Assembly: GCA_003614675.1 (NCBI GenBank)
Contig: ML002227.1
Span: forward strand, 1-64,000
Direction: 5' to 3'
Origin: Dimargaris cristalligena
Taxonomy: Eukaryota
DNA: 64,000 nucleotides
A program made the translations under genes and the position numbers. The notes under the pieces were generated by a model that was not told where the DNA came from, ran no database searches, and saw only the letters and a program-made list of their open reading frames with translations. This document shows positions 27,558-39,892 of the stretch, piece by piece. Every line of letters starts with the position of its first letter. Within the stretch, counting starts at the first letter, position 1.

Positions 27558-30077
27558 ATGAGCTTCGGAGGCTTTTCGATCAATATTAACACCTATGAGG
27601 ATGACAGTCCACCCTATAGCTCCTATGGTGGGGCGGATTCGGCCAGTGAATCAGAGTCGTCCCCCGACCAGGCTGATTCGAGTGATTCGGAAAACAACTA
27701 CTATGATTATTCGCAAACTAAAAAGCAGGACGCCGTAAGTTATTGACCCCCTCCCCTCTCACCCTATTTTCCTTTAGCCAGGATCAAAATGGCGAAGAAT
27801 TCCGGACATTTACTCGGGAGAGTTTTTGTTTTGTTTTACGCAATGACACTCGGTAGACCAAGTGCGGGCTAGGTCAGATCTCTGATTAAGTAGCCGCCAC
27901 CTTGATCCCTAATAGCTCCCCCATTCGCGACCAAAGACATACAATACGTTACCAGCTTATGTCTCCAAATTATAGCTAACTTAACGCCAGACTTTTGACG
28001 ACTACTCGTAACCGATATTCTAGGTGGACACTAGGTCGATAGCCATAGTAGCCGTGAACTCGTACATGAGGTAGGAAATCAAGGGAGTATGACACCTTGA
28101 TTTTACAAGCAGACTTTACCTATATTCGCCAACTTCCCCCTTAGTTAACAAATGACACGCCCTTGACTATTTAATTCTTATACTATCCATTAATAGTAGT
28201 ATGTATTTGAACGATAATCTCCAACGTAGCGAGCGCGATAATAGCGATAACGACGACGACGACGACGACGATGATGATGATGATGATGACGATGATGGGT
28301 AAGTATAGATATTGAATAGGCGATGCAACCTTTGCAGCATCCCTGATATCGCCAATGTTTGATGGAGTGGCTTCCATTCTACCTTGTTGTTGAATGTGAA
28401 TTATAACCGTATTTCTATACCCACAACTGTCCACATGCCTGTAAACACCGCTAATATAAACCCAACAGCAGTAACTCGGATGAGGATGATGTAAGTGCCT
28501 ATACTAGTTTTTAAAACTATCGGGATTCCGGTAGTGCCACGAGTTTCCGCAATTGTTGGCCCGCTGTTGACGGCTACATAATAATGTCTCGCACATCAAT
28601 GGCTAACCTAATTGGTTTTCTTTACTGACTGGTATTTTATTATTATTATTTAGGGCTATTCAGGGTTCAGCTACGGCGCTCCTCGTCGGAAGCGGAACAC
28701 GAAGGTAAGTACTAGTAAATGTATAAGCTCTGTTCAGCCAATCTACATCGCGATATTCTTAAGCGACTTTTACTTAAATCCTAATATCCCTATTACTATC
28801 TGCATGGAAGAATGTTATTTTAACATGGCTATAACTATTATCGCTGTATACGTATATATGTATATATATTTTATCTACACATTAAACTATTCCAGAAACG
28901 ATCGAAATATACACCTTTGAATGCATTGGAATCGGTATGTACATCACCCTGTCGCATTATTTTTGCAACTACTGTTCTCGTCTGTAGGTGTATTGTGCTT
29001 ACAATTGGTATACAATTCGGAACCGCCTAATGTAATACCCCCGTGAGTTCTATTTTACTTTATTGTATTTTATTTCCTTAATTACAGACGTACGAAACCA
29101 ACGATGATGGCCAAATTGCCCTGCCATTGACGTGCTTCACATCCAAGGGGGCTGTTACAGTCTATTCTATAGGTAAGTTAAGTGGTATGTTAACTAGATT
29201 GATTGGGAGCCTACAACACTGACTGAGTTTTTTCTTTATCTCGGGAACTTATTATATATGTATATATCTATCTATCTGCGAACCTTGTGACTTTGACCAT
29301 CGTTCCAATTACCGCCAATAGGGGAAATTTATCACGGGACAGACTTTTCCAAATCAAACCGCATATTCCCAATCAACTTTCACTCGTCAATTCGATTCAT
29401 TGATTACCGGAACTACCAAGAAGGCTACCCCACCCCCGAGGTTGACTACCACACCAAAATTACCTGTGACTATGGGGGTAGAATAATAGTAAGTCGCTGC
29501 ATCCTCGGTACATCCTGACTGCTGACTGCGAACCATTACCGGTTCCAAATAATATTTATAATGGATTCGATATAAACGATGCCGGTTAGTTATATCTAAT
29601 CTCTATTCATCATGATCCATAATAATATCCATTATGCAACCTTAATTGGGGTATTCTGCACGCGGGTTTTAGTTTGAAATCTATGTAGATGACGAAGACG
29701 AGCCCCGATTCCAGGGCAACTCATCCAGTTCGGTATGGAAACCACTTACTGAGCAGCTGCGCAAATGCGGCCAACCAGGCTTAACCAACCTCAGCGGTCC
29801 CCTTGTCATGGGCATTAGTGACCCACGGATTTGCCGAGCCATCCAGGTAAGTAGTCGTACGCTATAGTTCGACTCGCTAAGGCAGTGTGCACTATGTATG
29901 ATAGGAGATTTAGGATAGGTTCTTATATAAATTCTTACCAAAGAGCACCCAGCAAAGGCGTATACTGATTTTCCGACAAGGCTATTCCAATGTATTGTTT
30001 TTTTGGGGGAGCGCATCTTACAGGAATTGCCCGGTGCTGAAATGTGCCCAAAATACGAGTTCAAAGAAATCATTTAA
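27558..30077 (+). CDS. FYRN/FYRC (FY-rich, TBRG1-like) protein with acidic N-terminus, ~305 aa, 10 exons (27558-27734, 28024-28070, 28197-28298, 28469-28490, 28654-28704, 28896-28934, 29088-29172, 29322-29488, 29673-29846, 30024-30077)
   Basis: Manual GT-AG splicing gives a stop-free 918-nt CDS. DDGQIALPL...VTVYSIGEIY...RIFPINFHSS...YHTKI resembles FYRN; FEIYVDD...FQGNSSSSVW...LSGPLVMGISDPRICRAIQELPGAEMCPKY resembles FYRC. Confidence 0.82.
28251..28296 (+). repeat. (GAC/GAT)n microsatellite encoding a poly-Asp tract in exon 3 of the FYR gene
   Basis: Run of GAC and GAT triplets in frame with the spliced CDS. Confidence 0.85.
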
Positions 30078-31023
30078 ATTCAGACACCCCCCCCCCCCAG
30101 GGGGTTTTCTTTTCCATATCTTATACCACAAGGATACGGGTATTATAGCCAGTCAAAATATTACCACCCATTAGTGTAGCGAGCCAAGGGCTCTCTCAAC
30201 CTTACCATATCTCTCAGTAAATACTTTTATTATTCAAGGGTAATTCAATAAAAAGACCCATCTCATCTGCTTTACTGCTGGCTATTTATATTGTTCAAGG
30301 GCGTCTGGAGTTTATGTCCCGTTGATTTAGACATCACGTGGTTTTGGAAAAGGAGAGCCAAAGATCTGATTTTGATACCGATTAGATGATACGATGGCAG
30401 CCACCAATCGTAGTCCTTTAGTCTGTGGGGTTGGTGGAATTTCCTATTCATCAATAGCAGCGGGCGATAAAATCAGCCGATAGAAGACGAGGCGGGATAG
30501 TATTAAAGTAAAAGGCCCAGGTTACAAATACATGTAATGCCCAGAAGCCATTCAGTTGCCCCATTCCCAAACCTCACCAAGAAGGGTCAAGAGCCCCAAG
30601 CTTTGTCTTAGGGGGAAAGTCGCTCAAGCGGGGCCCTTTAAGCCTTCGACGAACGACCTCTAACTATCCGTAATGTTGCAACTTACCGATGGTTGGATTC
30701 CCAGGTAGAGAGCTCTCTCCCCTCCTTTAATACTTAACCTTAGCCTATTACGTTTCGCCCACCTCATACGCAATAGTTTGCGACTTATTTATTCGTAGAG
30801 CTTGTATCGTTATAGTTTGCCAATTAGTGAAAGCGGCTCCTTCTTGTTCAGTTACTAGTTATAGTACTTATTTTCATTCCTTTATACCTGTTGGCAAACG
30901 TAACCATTAGACTAGCGTTGGGTCTTCGATATTATTTCCCCCCAACATCCCCAACTTGTTGGAGTCCACTGTGCCCCATTTAAAAGTATCCATTTAGCTA
31001 GGGTTTGACTCCTCTCCCCACCC

Positions 31024-32959
31024 ATGTATCGGCATTGTCAACAATGGGCTCGCTCCCTTAACGCCCACCCCGCTGGCGGCCGCCTGATTCGCGCCCGAGG
31101 TAAGCATTTGGTGAATTCCACTTCTATACGCCACATGGTCCATGATTAGCGAATCTCCTCGACCACACGCTTAACCCACTTCCGAGCGAACACCGAGTAC
31201 GGGAGTAGGCCTTAAACCGCCCTACTTGCGCTTTTGCCGACGCCACAGCGAGCGATTCCCTTTTTTCGGCAGGGCAATACCACAATAACTGTTGCGGTCC
31301 AGCACTACCTTATAGTCAACTGGTTTGCACTATGTATCTATGGTTTCGCCTTGGTTAAATATACCACCCTACAACAGACACTACCTTCCAATGCCCCTCT
31401 GACTGACCCCCCCCCTATGGTATGATTATTTTTCTATGGAAGCCTTCACCTATTGCCACACCCGCCAGGCGGTGACCCCTTTTAGAATGCCCGCAATGTC
31501 CCCCACTATGACCGAGGGGGGTATCACCCGCTGGGCCGTTAAGGAAGGGGACGCCTTTGCCGCTGGCGACATTCTCCTGGAAGTGGAAACGGACAAGGCC
31601 CAGATTGAGGTGGAGGCCCAGGATGACGGTATCATGGCCAAAATCCTGGTACCCGCCGGGGAAAAGAACATCGCGGTTAATTCCCCCATTGCGGTGCTCG
31701 CGGAAGAGGGCGACGACCTGAGCAACTTAACTCTGCCGGATATGGCGAGCGCGAAATCCCAGGAAACGCCGGCCCAGTCGGAAAGTTCCCCCGCTCCGAC
31801 TTCACCCTTGGCCTCTGCCCCTTCCGCAACGACCTCGGCCAATCACGCCCTACCCCTGTCGCCGGCGGTAGGCCACTTGGTAGCCCTGTACGAAATCGAC
31901 CCGGCCCAAATTAAAGAAGTATCGGGGCCCCACGGGCGGTTGCTTAAGGGTGATGTTCTCCGCTACCTCCAGGCCCAGGGCAAGACCAAGCCGCCGACCA
32001 AACAGGCCCCTCAACCCAAGGCGGCTCCGGCCCCCAGTACCCCAAGCGCTTCCGCTACGAAGGCATCGGCCCCGGGTTCAGGCACAGGTTCGGGTTCCTA
32101 TACCGACATACCCTTGACCAACATGCGTCGTATTATTGCCTCGCGCCTGACCGAATCAAAGGCCACCATCCCACACTCCTACGTGAAGCAGGATCTGTGC
32201 ATGGACAAGCTGATGCAACTGCGTAAACGCCTGAATAGCACGGCCGAGGTGAAACTCTCCGTCAACGATTTCATTATCCGGGCCTCCGCACTGGCCCTCC
32301 GGGATGTGCCGGACGCCAATGTCCGCTTTAACCCGGCCGCGACGGACGACTCTACTCTGGCGACCCGTTTGCCCACGATTGATATTTCCATTGCGGTGGC
32401 CACCCCCGCGGGTCTGATTACCCCGATTATCAAGCATGCTGACCAAAAAGGAATCGCCACGATTTCCCGGGAAATGAAGGCCCTGGCCGAACGGGCCCGG
32501 CTCAATAAACTTAAGCCCGACGAATACCAAGGAGGCACGTTCAGCGTATCCAACCTGGGAATGTTCGGTATCAACGACTTCACGGCCGTCATCAACCCGC
32601 CCCAGGCTTGTATCCTGGCAGTCGGTGGGACCCGCCAAGTGGCCTCCCCCGCCCGGGCTGCCAAGGCCCTGGATGAGGCGTTTGATTTCCTCCTTGATGC
32701 ATCCCACCCGACTCCGACTCCAACTCCGGCCCCGCGAGCCCCCGAATCTACCCTCGACTTGATTGACGAGCTGGCCTGCTTGACCTCGTCGACCAACTCT
32801 TCCCTGTCTTCGGGAACCGCCGCGGCGGATCTGACGGTCCGTAATCTGATGACCGTTAGTTTGAGTATCGATGAGCGTGCTGTGGATGGTGTAGTGGCTG
32901 CCCAGTTTTTGCAGCGCCTGAAGTATTATGTGGATGAGCCTGAGCGTATGCTGCTCTAG
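31024..32959 (+). CDS. PDX1: Pyruvate dehydrogenase complex protein X / E3-binding protein (E2 paralog), 2 exons (31024-31099, 31443-32959)
   Basis: Presequence exon with GTAAGC donor; lipoyl domain MPAMSPTM...ETDKA; peripheral-subunit-binding domain LSPAV...SGPHGRLLKGDVL; acyltransferase-like core whose catalytic DHR is DER. Confidence 0.85.
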
Positions 32960-33736
32960 GGCGGAAAGTACAACTGTACCCCCCCCCCCTTCTTGCACAC
33001 ACACACACACACTCTCTCTCTCTCTCGCTTTCTTCTTTATCCCCAGGATGGACAATGCGTTACATTAATAAATATTTGCCCGATTTTTAGTTGGTCCCGG
33101 AAAGCACCATTTCTCCGTTCCCGCTTTTTACTGTCTATACCTCTCTTCTTATCCACTCTAACCCTACCCTCCCGTTGCAACAGTAGTTTACTGGCTATAG
33201 CCACAGCCACTTGAACAAGGGCTATATAGAGGGAATTGCTTGCTGAAGAATACCCCAACAACTTTCATTAAAATCATTGAACAATTCATTAAAATTCCGA
33301 AAACTTCAATATTATCCCGAAATTGCCGCTTTTTTGATTTTAAAAAGTGTTTTACTGAAGGGTCTCTGCTGATGCTTATGATGACCCGTCTATGGGCATA
33401 TTCACCTACTCCCATCAAGATCAATGTTCTACTTCCAGGAACAAGCAAGAAAAATGAAATATATGTCGCCGAATAAATTAAAAAGGTCATACGGGGACAT
33501 CAGTATATTAGAGGGGGAAAACCATGGGAGGACTAAGGGCTATAAAAGATACGAAAAGATGGGTAAATAAATACACAACTGATGCAACGGGGAGGCGTGA
33601 TATTGGCGGAGTTTCCAGGTCTCTCTCTCCCTCTCCATGAAACCTCGTATTTCAAAAAGAAAAACAAACAGAAAAAGAGGGGGGGGAAGAAAGGAAAGGA
33701 ATGTAATAAAAGTTGAAATGCACAAATGACCGATAT

Positions 33737-35948
33737 CTATTTTTTGGAGGCCCGTCGGCCCGACTGGATAAGGATACCTTCGACCACACCACCCCGTTTC
33801 CGAATCTTTTCCTCCCGCTGTTGTTTCTGGGCATCCAGCCGATCGCGGCGAGCATTGAGGGCCTTGGCCCGCTGGGCTTCGCGGACATTGAGTTTGGCGC
33901 GCACCACCCGTTTGCCGGTCTTGTTGCGACCGCGGGCCCGGTTTTTGAGGGGATTGACGTAGGTCGGGACGTTGGCTTCGGCGGCACTGTCCTTGGAGCT
34001 GTCCGTGGGCTTGTACTGTCCGAGGAAATTGGGGTCCAGGGCAATCATATCGGGTTGGATCTTGTCGAGTAACTGACGAACCACGAGCTCACGACGCTGT
34101 TTGTTGGTCGATAGGGGATTGGCGGTGCTACTGTCCAGGTTGGCTTCACCGGACCCTGGAATCACCAAACTCGAAAAGCCCCCGTGGTGGCCCACGCCCA
34201 ACACATCTTCGTACGGACAGAAGCGGAGGCTTTCAACAGCGGACCGCGGGCTGTGGTGTTCCATGTAGGGTTCCGTTTGCTCGGATTTGAACACATCCTT
34301 CCAGACCTAGAGAAATTAATAATAATAATAATAATAATAAGTCGGCAAATCAACCCAAAGGGGAAGAGGGTAGTAGAGCATAATGGTTGGTATAAATCAA
34401 ATAATTGGTGGAATAGGTTAGTTTAACGATTGGGTGGGTGAAGCAATGGAAAGTGGATGGCAGAATTTGATCCATATGGGAGAAGTTCATCCAAGCTGTA
34501 TAACAAAAAATCCATTAGATTCGGTCAATATTACTAGTTAAAAATCCATTTCCCATAGACGTATAATGTAACCCTTATATAGCTGGGCCGAATTTCACCC
34601 ATATTGACAGTGTCAAGTAGCACAAACGGGGTGAATCCCACTTCGAAGACACTTCCTACACTATTCCAAAAACAATACCAGGCAAAAAATTACTTACCGA
34701 AACGACCTCGCCGGCGCCGAGGGCCACTAATTGCCGTTGACTGATGGTCAGGCAGTGGGGAGTCTCCTTGCTGCGCAACTGGCCCAGACAGCCATAGGTA
34801 CGAATATCGAAGAAGCGGACCATGTGGTCGGCCCCGGCGGTGGCCATGTAGTGACCGGTAGGGTCGACGGCCACGGCATGTACGGAGGAGTTGTGACAAC
34901 GCATCTTAACGAGCGGATTGGGTTGGTTGGGGGACCACATGGTAACCATACCGTCGGAGTGGCCGATGTTAATGATGGCATTCCACGGGTTCAGGGCCAT
35001 GGTGCGGATCGGGCCTAACCGGGGGTTGTGCTTAGCGGCGACGACGCCGGTGGAGATATCCTGGTAGACGAGGTGGCCTGATTCACAGCCGGACGCGAGC
35101 AAGAAATGGTGGGGTAGGTAGGAGAGGACGTTAGGGTCCCGGTGTTGCTTCAGACAATGAACTTCGGCACCGGTGGCGTCGTAGATGTAGGCGTACTGCT
35201 TCTGGGCCACGGCGAACAAACTCTCGTCGTCCTGGAGCCAGGTCACGGCCCGGATGGTTTCCTGGAGCTGGACCTCGCAGGTGAGGTCCCCGCGCTGCCA
35301 GTCAAAAGTGGCGACGTGCCCCTTCCGCCCGCCGAGCAGCAGCTGGCGACCGCTGCGCGAATAATCGACGAAGTAGGGCCCCAGTTTATCCAGATCCAGG
35401 TTGTACATTTTGGCGGCGGTATTGGCATCAACCATGGATTTCAGGGCCTTCTGGGTCACCTTTGAGGTGCGTTCAATCCCTTCGGGTTCCAAAAATCCGG
35501 CATCGCCGACTTGGAGCACTTCAGCCACAGCGGCGGCGGCGGAAGCCTCGGTGTGGTGGTGCACTAGCTGCAGTTTCTGGCCGGTGAGCCAGTCCATCTT
35601 CAGGGTGTCGGTGGGTTTGATCTTGGAGAGCCGGGGCAGTTTGGTGTCGAGCGGACGGGCGTATTTCTGGGCGCTGTCGGCTAACTCGACGTCCACGGCG
35701 GCCACGTCGCCGGCCGAGGATTTCAGACGAGCAGCGACGGCCTGTTTTGCGTACAGGGCAGTGTAGTGGCGGCGTTCCCGAGTGTCGGGGGCCAGGGGTA
35801 ATGGAGCGGGTTCGGCATGGGGCTTGGGCTTAGGCTGGTTTTGGGGGTCGAGGAATTTTAGGTTGGCGAGGCTTCTCTTGATTCGCTGTTGGTCGGAACT
35901 GGGCAGTTCCGAGAGGGCCTTGTTAATGAAGCGCTGTTTTTCCTCCAT
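33737..35948 (-). CDS. UTP7: U3 snoRNA-associated WD40 protein Utp7/WDR46 with BING4CT domain, 2 exons (35948-34698, 34306-33737)
   Basis: GFLEPEGIERT, LGPYFVDYSRSGRQLLLGGRKGHVA, YLPHHFLL, NPWNAII, FCPYEDVLGVGH, PGSGEANLDS, LLDKIQPDMIALDP; phase-0 intron GTAAGT...CTAG. Confidence 0.93.
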
Positions 35949-36437
35949 GGTGCAGTAGATATGTGTGGCAGTGGCTCTCGTTGGTGGTGGTCACTGGACG
36001 ATAAGTTTGTCGGGGCCTGGGTATAGGGCCGGGGAAAGCTGCTATCGAGCGTATAGGGGAAGGAGAAGCGGCGTGAAACAGACAGACACAGGTGACGACG
36101 AAGAAAAGGAAATAATAGTCTAATTAAGCCGTACCATTAGTCCAATGGGTCTCTAAACAAGGTTACGAATAGACTGCAGGGTTTTTGGCAACCTGGAATC
36201 GCTTGCATTGCCCGTATGTCTATTTGTCTCTAATAGTTTTTTTTCGGGGGTAATATACACTCTCTTTTATGCTATACTATACTTGGACACCTCTAGTGGG
36301 CGGGAAACGCATATATTTCTTCTTTTTTTTTTCTCCTCCCAAAAACACAGAGCCAATTGACTACTGCTGTAGTATAGCACCATTTCTGCTATATGGGTTT
36401 GGGGGTTTTCAGTGCCCCCAATAGCCCCGGCTTACAG

Positions 36438-36446
36438 GTCACGTGA
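36438..36446. promoter_or_regulatory. GTCACGTGA E-box (Cbf1/USF-type bHLH site) in the divergent UTP7/TMA20 promoter
   Basis: Exact RTCACGTGA about midway between the two start codons; function inferred only. Confidence 0.3.
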
Positions 36447-36896
36447 TATGCTACCAGCCTGCTTCTCCCAAACTATAGGATTCATTCTGCTGGTGATAAG
36501 GGTTCCTTTAAACCTATATTACCTATATCCTATTACCAATTATAATAAAGTTAACCCTATATCTATAGTAAAGTCTAACTGAGACCTACTAGCTATGTTC
36601 TGGCTTCAGTTAGTAGCCAAATGCAACGCTGTAAAGCAGAGATGGTTCGTAGTAGTAATAATAATAAACACCCAATGTCGAGAGACTGGGAGATAGAGGT
36701 GAGAATACTCTAGGCAATTTAGAATGCCCCTCTCCCTAGTCGTCCATACCACACCCATTCCCAGTGGACTCGGCCTGTCCCCTATTAGCTGACTTTGAAG
36801 TAGTGAATGTCTCTCTTACTCTGACCTCATTCCCTTTCATTTCGGCAACTCCATTTAGTTGTTGTTACATATACTCAAAGATATATATACTAAACC

Positions 36897-37601
36897 ATGT
36901 TCAAAAAGTAAGCATGTCTACCACCCTGGGCTATGCTCATCTTCCGGATCTTCTTTAAGTAGCTCTTGAAGTGGCAACGGTCACCTCCCTCTTATACACC
37001 CCATTAATATCCAGCTACCCATCGGCTTATAAATCCCACCATTGCTTCACCTCCCCGTTCCCGCAGGGTCCATCCCAAAGAGGACATTGCCTCGCAGAGT
37101 CAGGTCAAGTCGTCGGTACAGCGGAACATCCGCACCAAGCTCCTGGACCAAATGCCGGAGCTCGAGAAGCACCTGGACGAGCTCATGCCCAAGAAAGCGG
37201 CCCTAACGGTGGTGAAGTTACGCGAGCACATTAGCCTGGTGGTGGTGAATGGCGAGGTGCTGTTCTTCAACCATTTCGACGAGGCGTACTACCCGACGCT
37301 GAAACTGCTCCACAAGTACCCGGCCCTCTTACCTAAGCTGCAGGTGGACCGCGGGGCCATCCGCTTTGTCCTGTCGGGGGCCAATATTATGTGCCCCGGC
37401 CTGACGTCGCCCGGGGCCCGTATGGATGTGTCGCTACCCGAAGGTAGGGTCGTGGCGATTATGGCCGAGGGCAAAGAACATGCCCTGGCGGTGGGCATCA
37501 CCAAAATGTCCACGGACGATATCCGCCAGGTCAACAAGGGCCACGGGGTCGATACGATTCATTATTTGGGCGATCAGCTATGGAAGAGTCTATTCGAATA
37601 G
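36897..37601 (+). CDS. TMA20: Translation machinery-associated protein 20 / MCTS1 (PUA domain), 2 exons (36897-36907, 37067-37601)
   Basis: MFKK micro-exon; VKSSVQRNIR, PTLKLLHKYP, VDRGAIRFVLSGANIMCPGLTSPG, AEGKEHALAVG, HYLGDQLW. Confidence 0.95.
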
Positions 37602-38491
37602 ATCGACGAAGGATATAATAAATAGCCCTGGCACTTGCCAATACCCGGAAATTAACTGAGTTGGCTCATGAGACATGTCAATGTAATGTATGGCCTTGGA
37701 GGGCGTGGATTTCCCGGCCTGTATTGGTTAGTTAGTTATATAAGATGTCCTTACTCATCTTTTCCATTTGGGGTCTGGCCACTTCCCTTAAAAACGGAGC
37801 CTAATTATGTTATAGAGGCCTAGTTAATCCCACACCACAGTCACAACATACCAACGAGGCCCGTTTGCCAATGGAAATGGCGAGACTAGAGAGAAAAGAC
37901 TGGTTTGGTAGAGATGATACGGAGCCCCTCAAGTCACACCCCCCTCCCTATTTCTACGTCCCTGGGCCAGTTGGAAGAAGAGGGCTTTAGAATGAAACGG
38001 CGGGTCTGGGCCACACCAGGTGACCATGGCCAAGTGACCGCCCCGCTCCAAGTATAGAGAAAACGAGTAGTGCTTTTGGCTGACTAAATTCTCCTTATTC
38101 TGTCTAGTCGTGCCTTCCCACCCTCTGAAGAAACTCTCTCTCTGCTTTAAGTCTCCCCCGCCCACTGACTGCTGCATTCGTGAGCCGTGCGGACTTTCAC
38201 TGCTGCTGCTGCTGCTTCTCCTCAATTCCCTTACCTTTTCCTTCTTCTCCTTTACTCTTGCTTTTCTCCTTTTTCATCTCATCTACTCCATCCGACTCTC
38301 TACTACCTCCTTTATCTTTCGTCCTCGGATACGGCTTATCCAGTGCTCTTCACCAAGCCGGGTCCAGCAAACTGATGACCTTCCGCTGACTCCTCTTTGC
38401 TACGGCTCCCGGTCCCCCCTTCTTTTTAGCTATTATTATTTCCAAACACCCTTTTCCCTCTATCGCCCCCATATATATATAGCCCCTCACC

Positions 38492-39892
38492 ATGAACTTG
38501 GGTACCAAATCCACCAATGAAATTCTCTTCATGAATTTCAACCAGGACTACAGCTGCATCTCCGTTGGCACCCGTAATGGCTACAAAATATACAACTGCG
38601 ACCCCTTCGGCAAGTGCTATTCGCGCGAGGACCACGGTGTCGGCCTGGTCGAGATGCTGTATTGCACCTCGCTCATTGCCGTGGTGGGCTCGGGAGACCA
38701 CCCTTCATCCTCGCCCCGCCGTCTACAGCTCATCAACACCAAGCGCCAGTCCACCATCTGCGAGCTCACCTTCCCCACCACCATTCTGGCCGTTAAAATG
38801 AACCGCAACCGGCTTATCGTCGTGATTGAGGAGCAGATTTATCTCCATGATATCCAAAACATGAAGCTCCTGCATACTATCGAGACCAGCCCGAACCCCG
38901 CCGCCGTATGCGCCATGTCCCCTGGTCCCGGTGGCTGCTATATTGCCTACCCGTCCCCCACCGGGTCCGCCGTGGGTACCTACACTACCACCGCCGGCAA
39001 CAGCTCGCCCGACGCCAGTGCAGGCGCCGCCGGCTACCACAGCCAGACCTCCGGGGACGTGATGATCTTCGACGCCCTCAGTTGCCAGGTCGTCAATGTC
39101 ATTCAGGCCCACAAGCGGCCCGTCTCCTGCATGGCCATCAGCCCCGACAGCACCATGATTGCCACCGCGAGCGACAAGGGAACCGTCATTAGGGTCTTCT
39201 CCTTACCGGACGGCAAGAAACTGCATCAGTTCCGACGTGGCTCCTACCCCGCCCGCATATTTTCCATTTCCTTCAATGCCACCAGTACCTTACTGTGCGT
39301 GTCCAGCGATACGGAAACCGTGCACATTTTCCGACTGGACAACGGTTCGGGGAGTGAGCCGCCTCTGTCCCCCCGTTCCCTCGGCCGACCCCACAGCATT
39401 GGCCGCAGCCATTCGTACCGCGGGCCCGCCAGCCCACCCAATTTCCTGGGTGCCGAGGGGGGCGAGTATACCCCAGGGGAGGGGGATGAATCCCTCCGAG
39501 GAAACGGTGGCGGAAGCGGTAGTACCGCCGCGTCTTCCGCCACAAGCTCAACCCTTCCCGCCCGCTTTAGTGCGGCCACTGGGGTCTTCCGCCGCTCCTC
39601 CCTCCAAGCATTCATGAGCAGCCGGCTGGTGGGTAGCGTAGGCTCCTATCTGCCCGAGGCCCTCACCGAGATCTGGGAACCGTCGCGGGATTTTGCGTTC
39701 CTTAAGCTACCAGCGACCGGGATCCAAAGCCTAGTGGCCCTTAGCGCTTCGACTCCACAGGTCACGGTGATTACTGCCGAAGGTTACTTTTACCAATACT
39801 CCATTGATTTGGAACAGGGTGGCGAGTGTGTTCTATTGAAGCAATACAGTCTACTCGACGTAGGCGATACCATGGGCACTTATATGACCTGA
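38492..39892 (+). CDS. ATG18: Autophagy PROPPIN Atg18/WIPI (intronless)
   Basis: FNQDYSCISVG, ICELTFPTTILAVKMNR, ATASDKGTVIRVF, phosphoinositide-binding FRRG, SSDTETVHIF, EPSRDFAFLKL. Confidence 0.95.
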   Translation: MNLGTKSTNEILFMNFNQDYSCISVGTRNGYKIYNCDPFGKCYSREDHGVGLVEMLYCTSLIAVVGSGDHPSSSPRRLQLINTKRQSTICELTFPTTILAVKMNRNRLIVVIEEQIYLHDIQNMKLLHTIETSPNPAAVCAMSPGPGGCYIAYPSPTGSAVGTYTTTAGNSSPDASAGAAGYHSQTSGDVMIFDALSCQVVNVIQAHKRPVSCMAISPDSTMIATASDKGTVIRVFSLPDGKKLHQFRRGSYPARIFSISFNATSTLLCVSSDTETVHIFRLDNGSGSEPPLSPRSLGRPHSIGRSHSYRGPASPPNFLGAEGGEYTPGEGDESLRGNGGGSGSTAASSATSSTLPARFSAATGVFRRSSLQAFMSSRLVGSVGSYLPEALTEIWEPSRDFAFLKLPATGIQSLVALSASTPQVTVITAEGYFYQYSIDLEQGGECVLLKQYSLLDVGDTMGTYMT

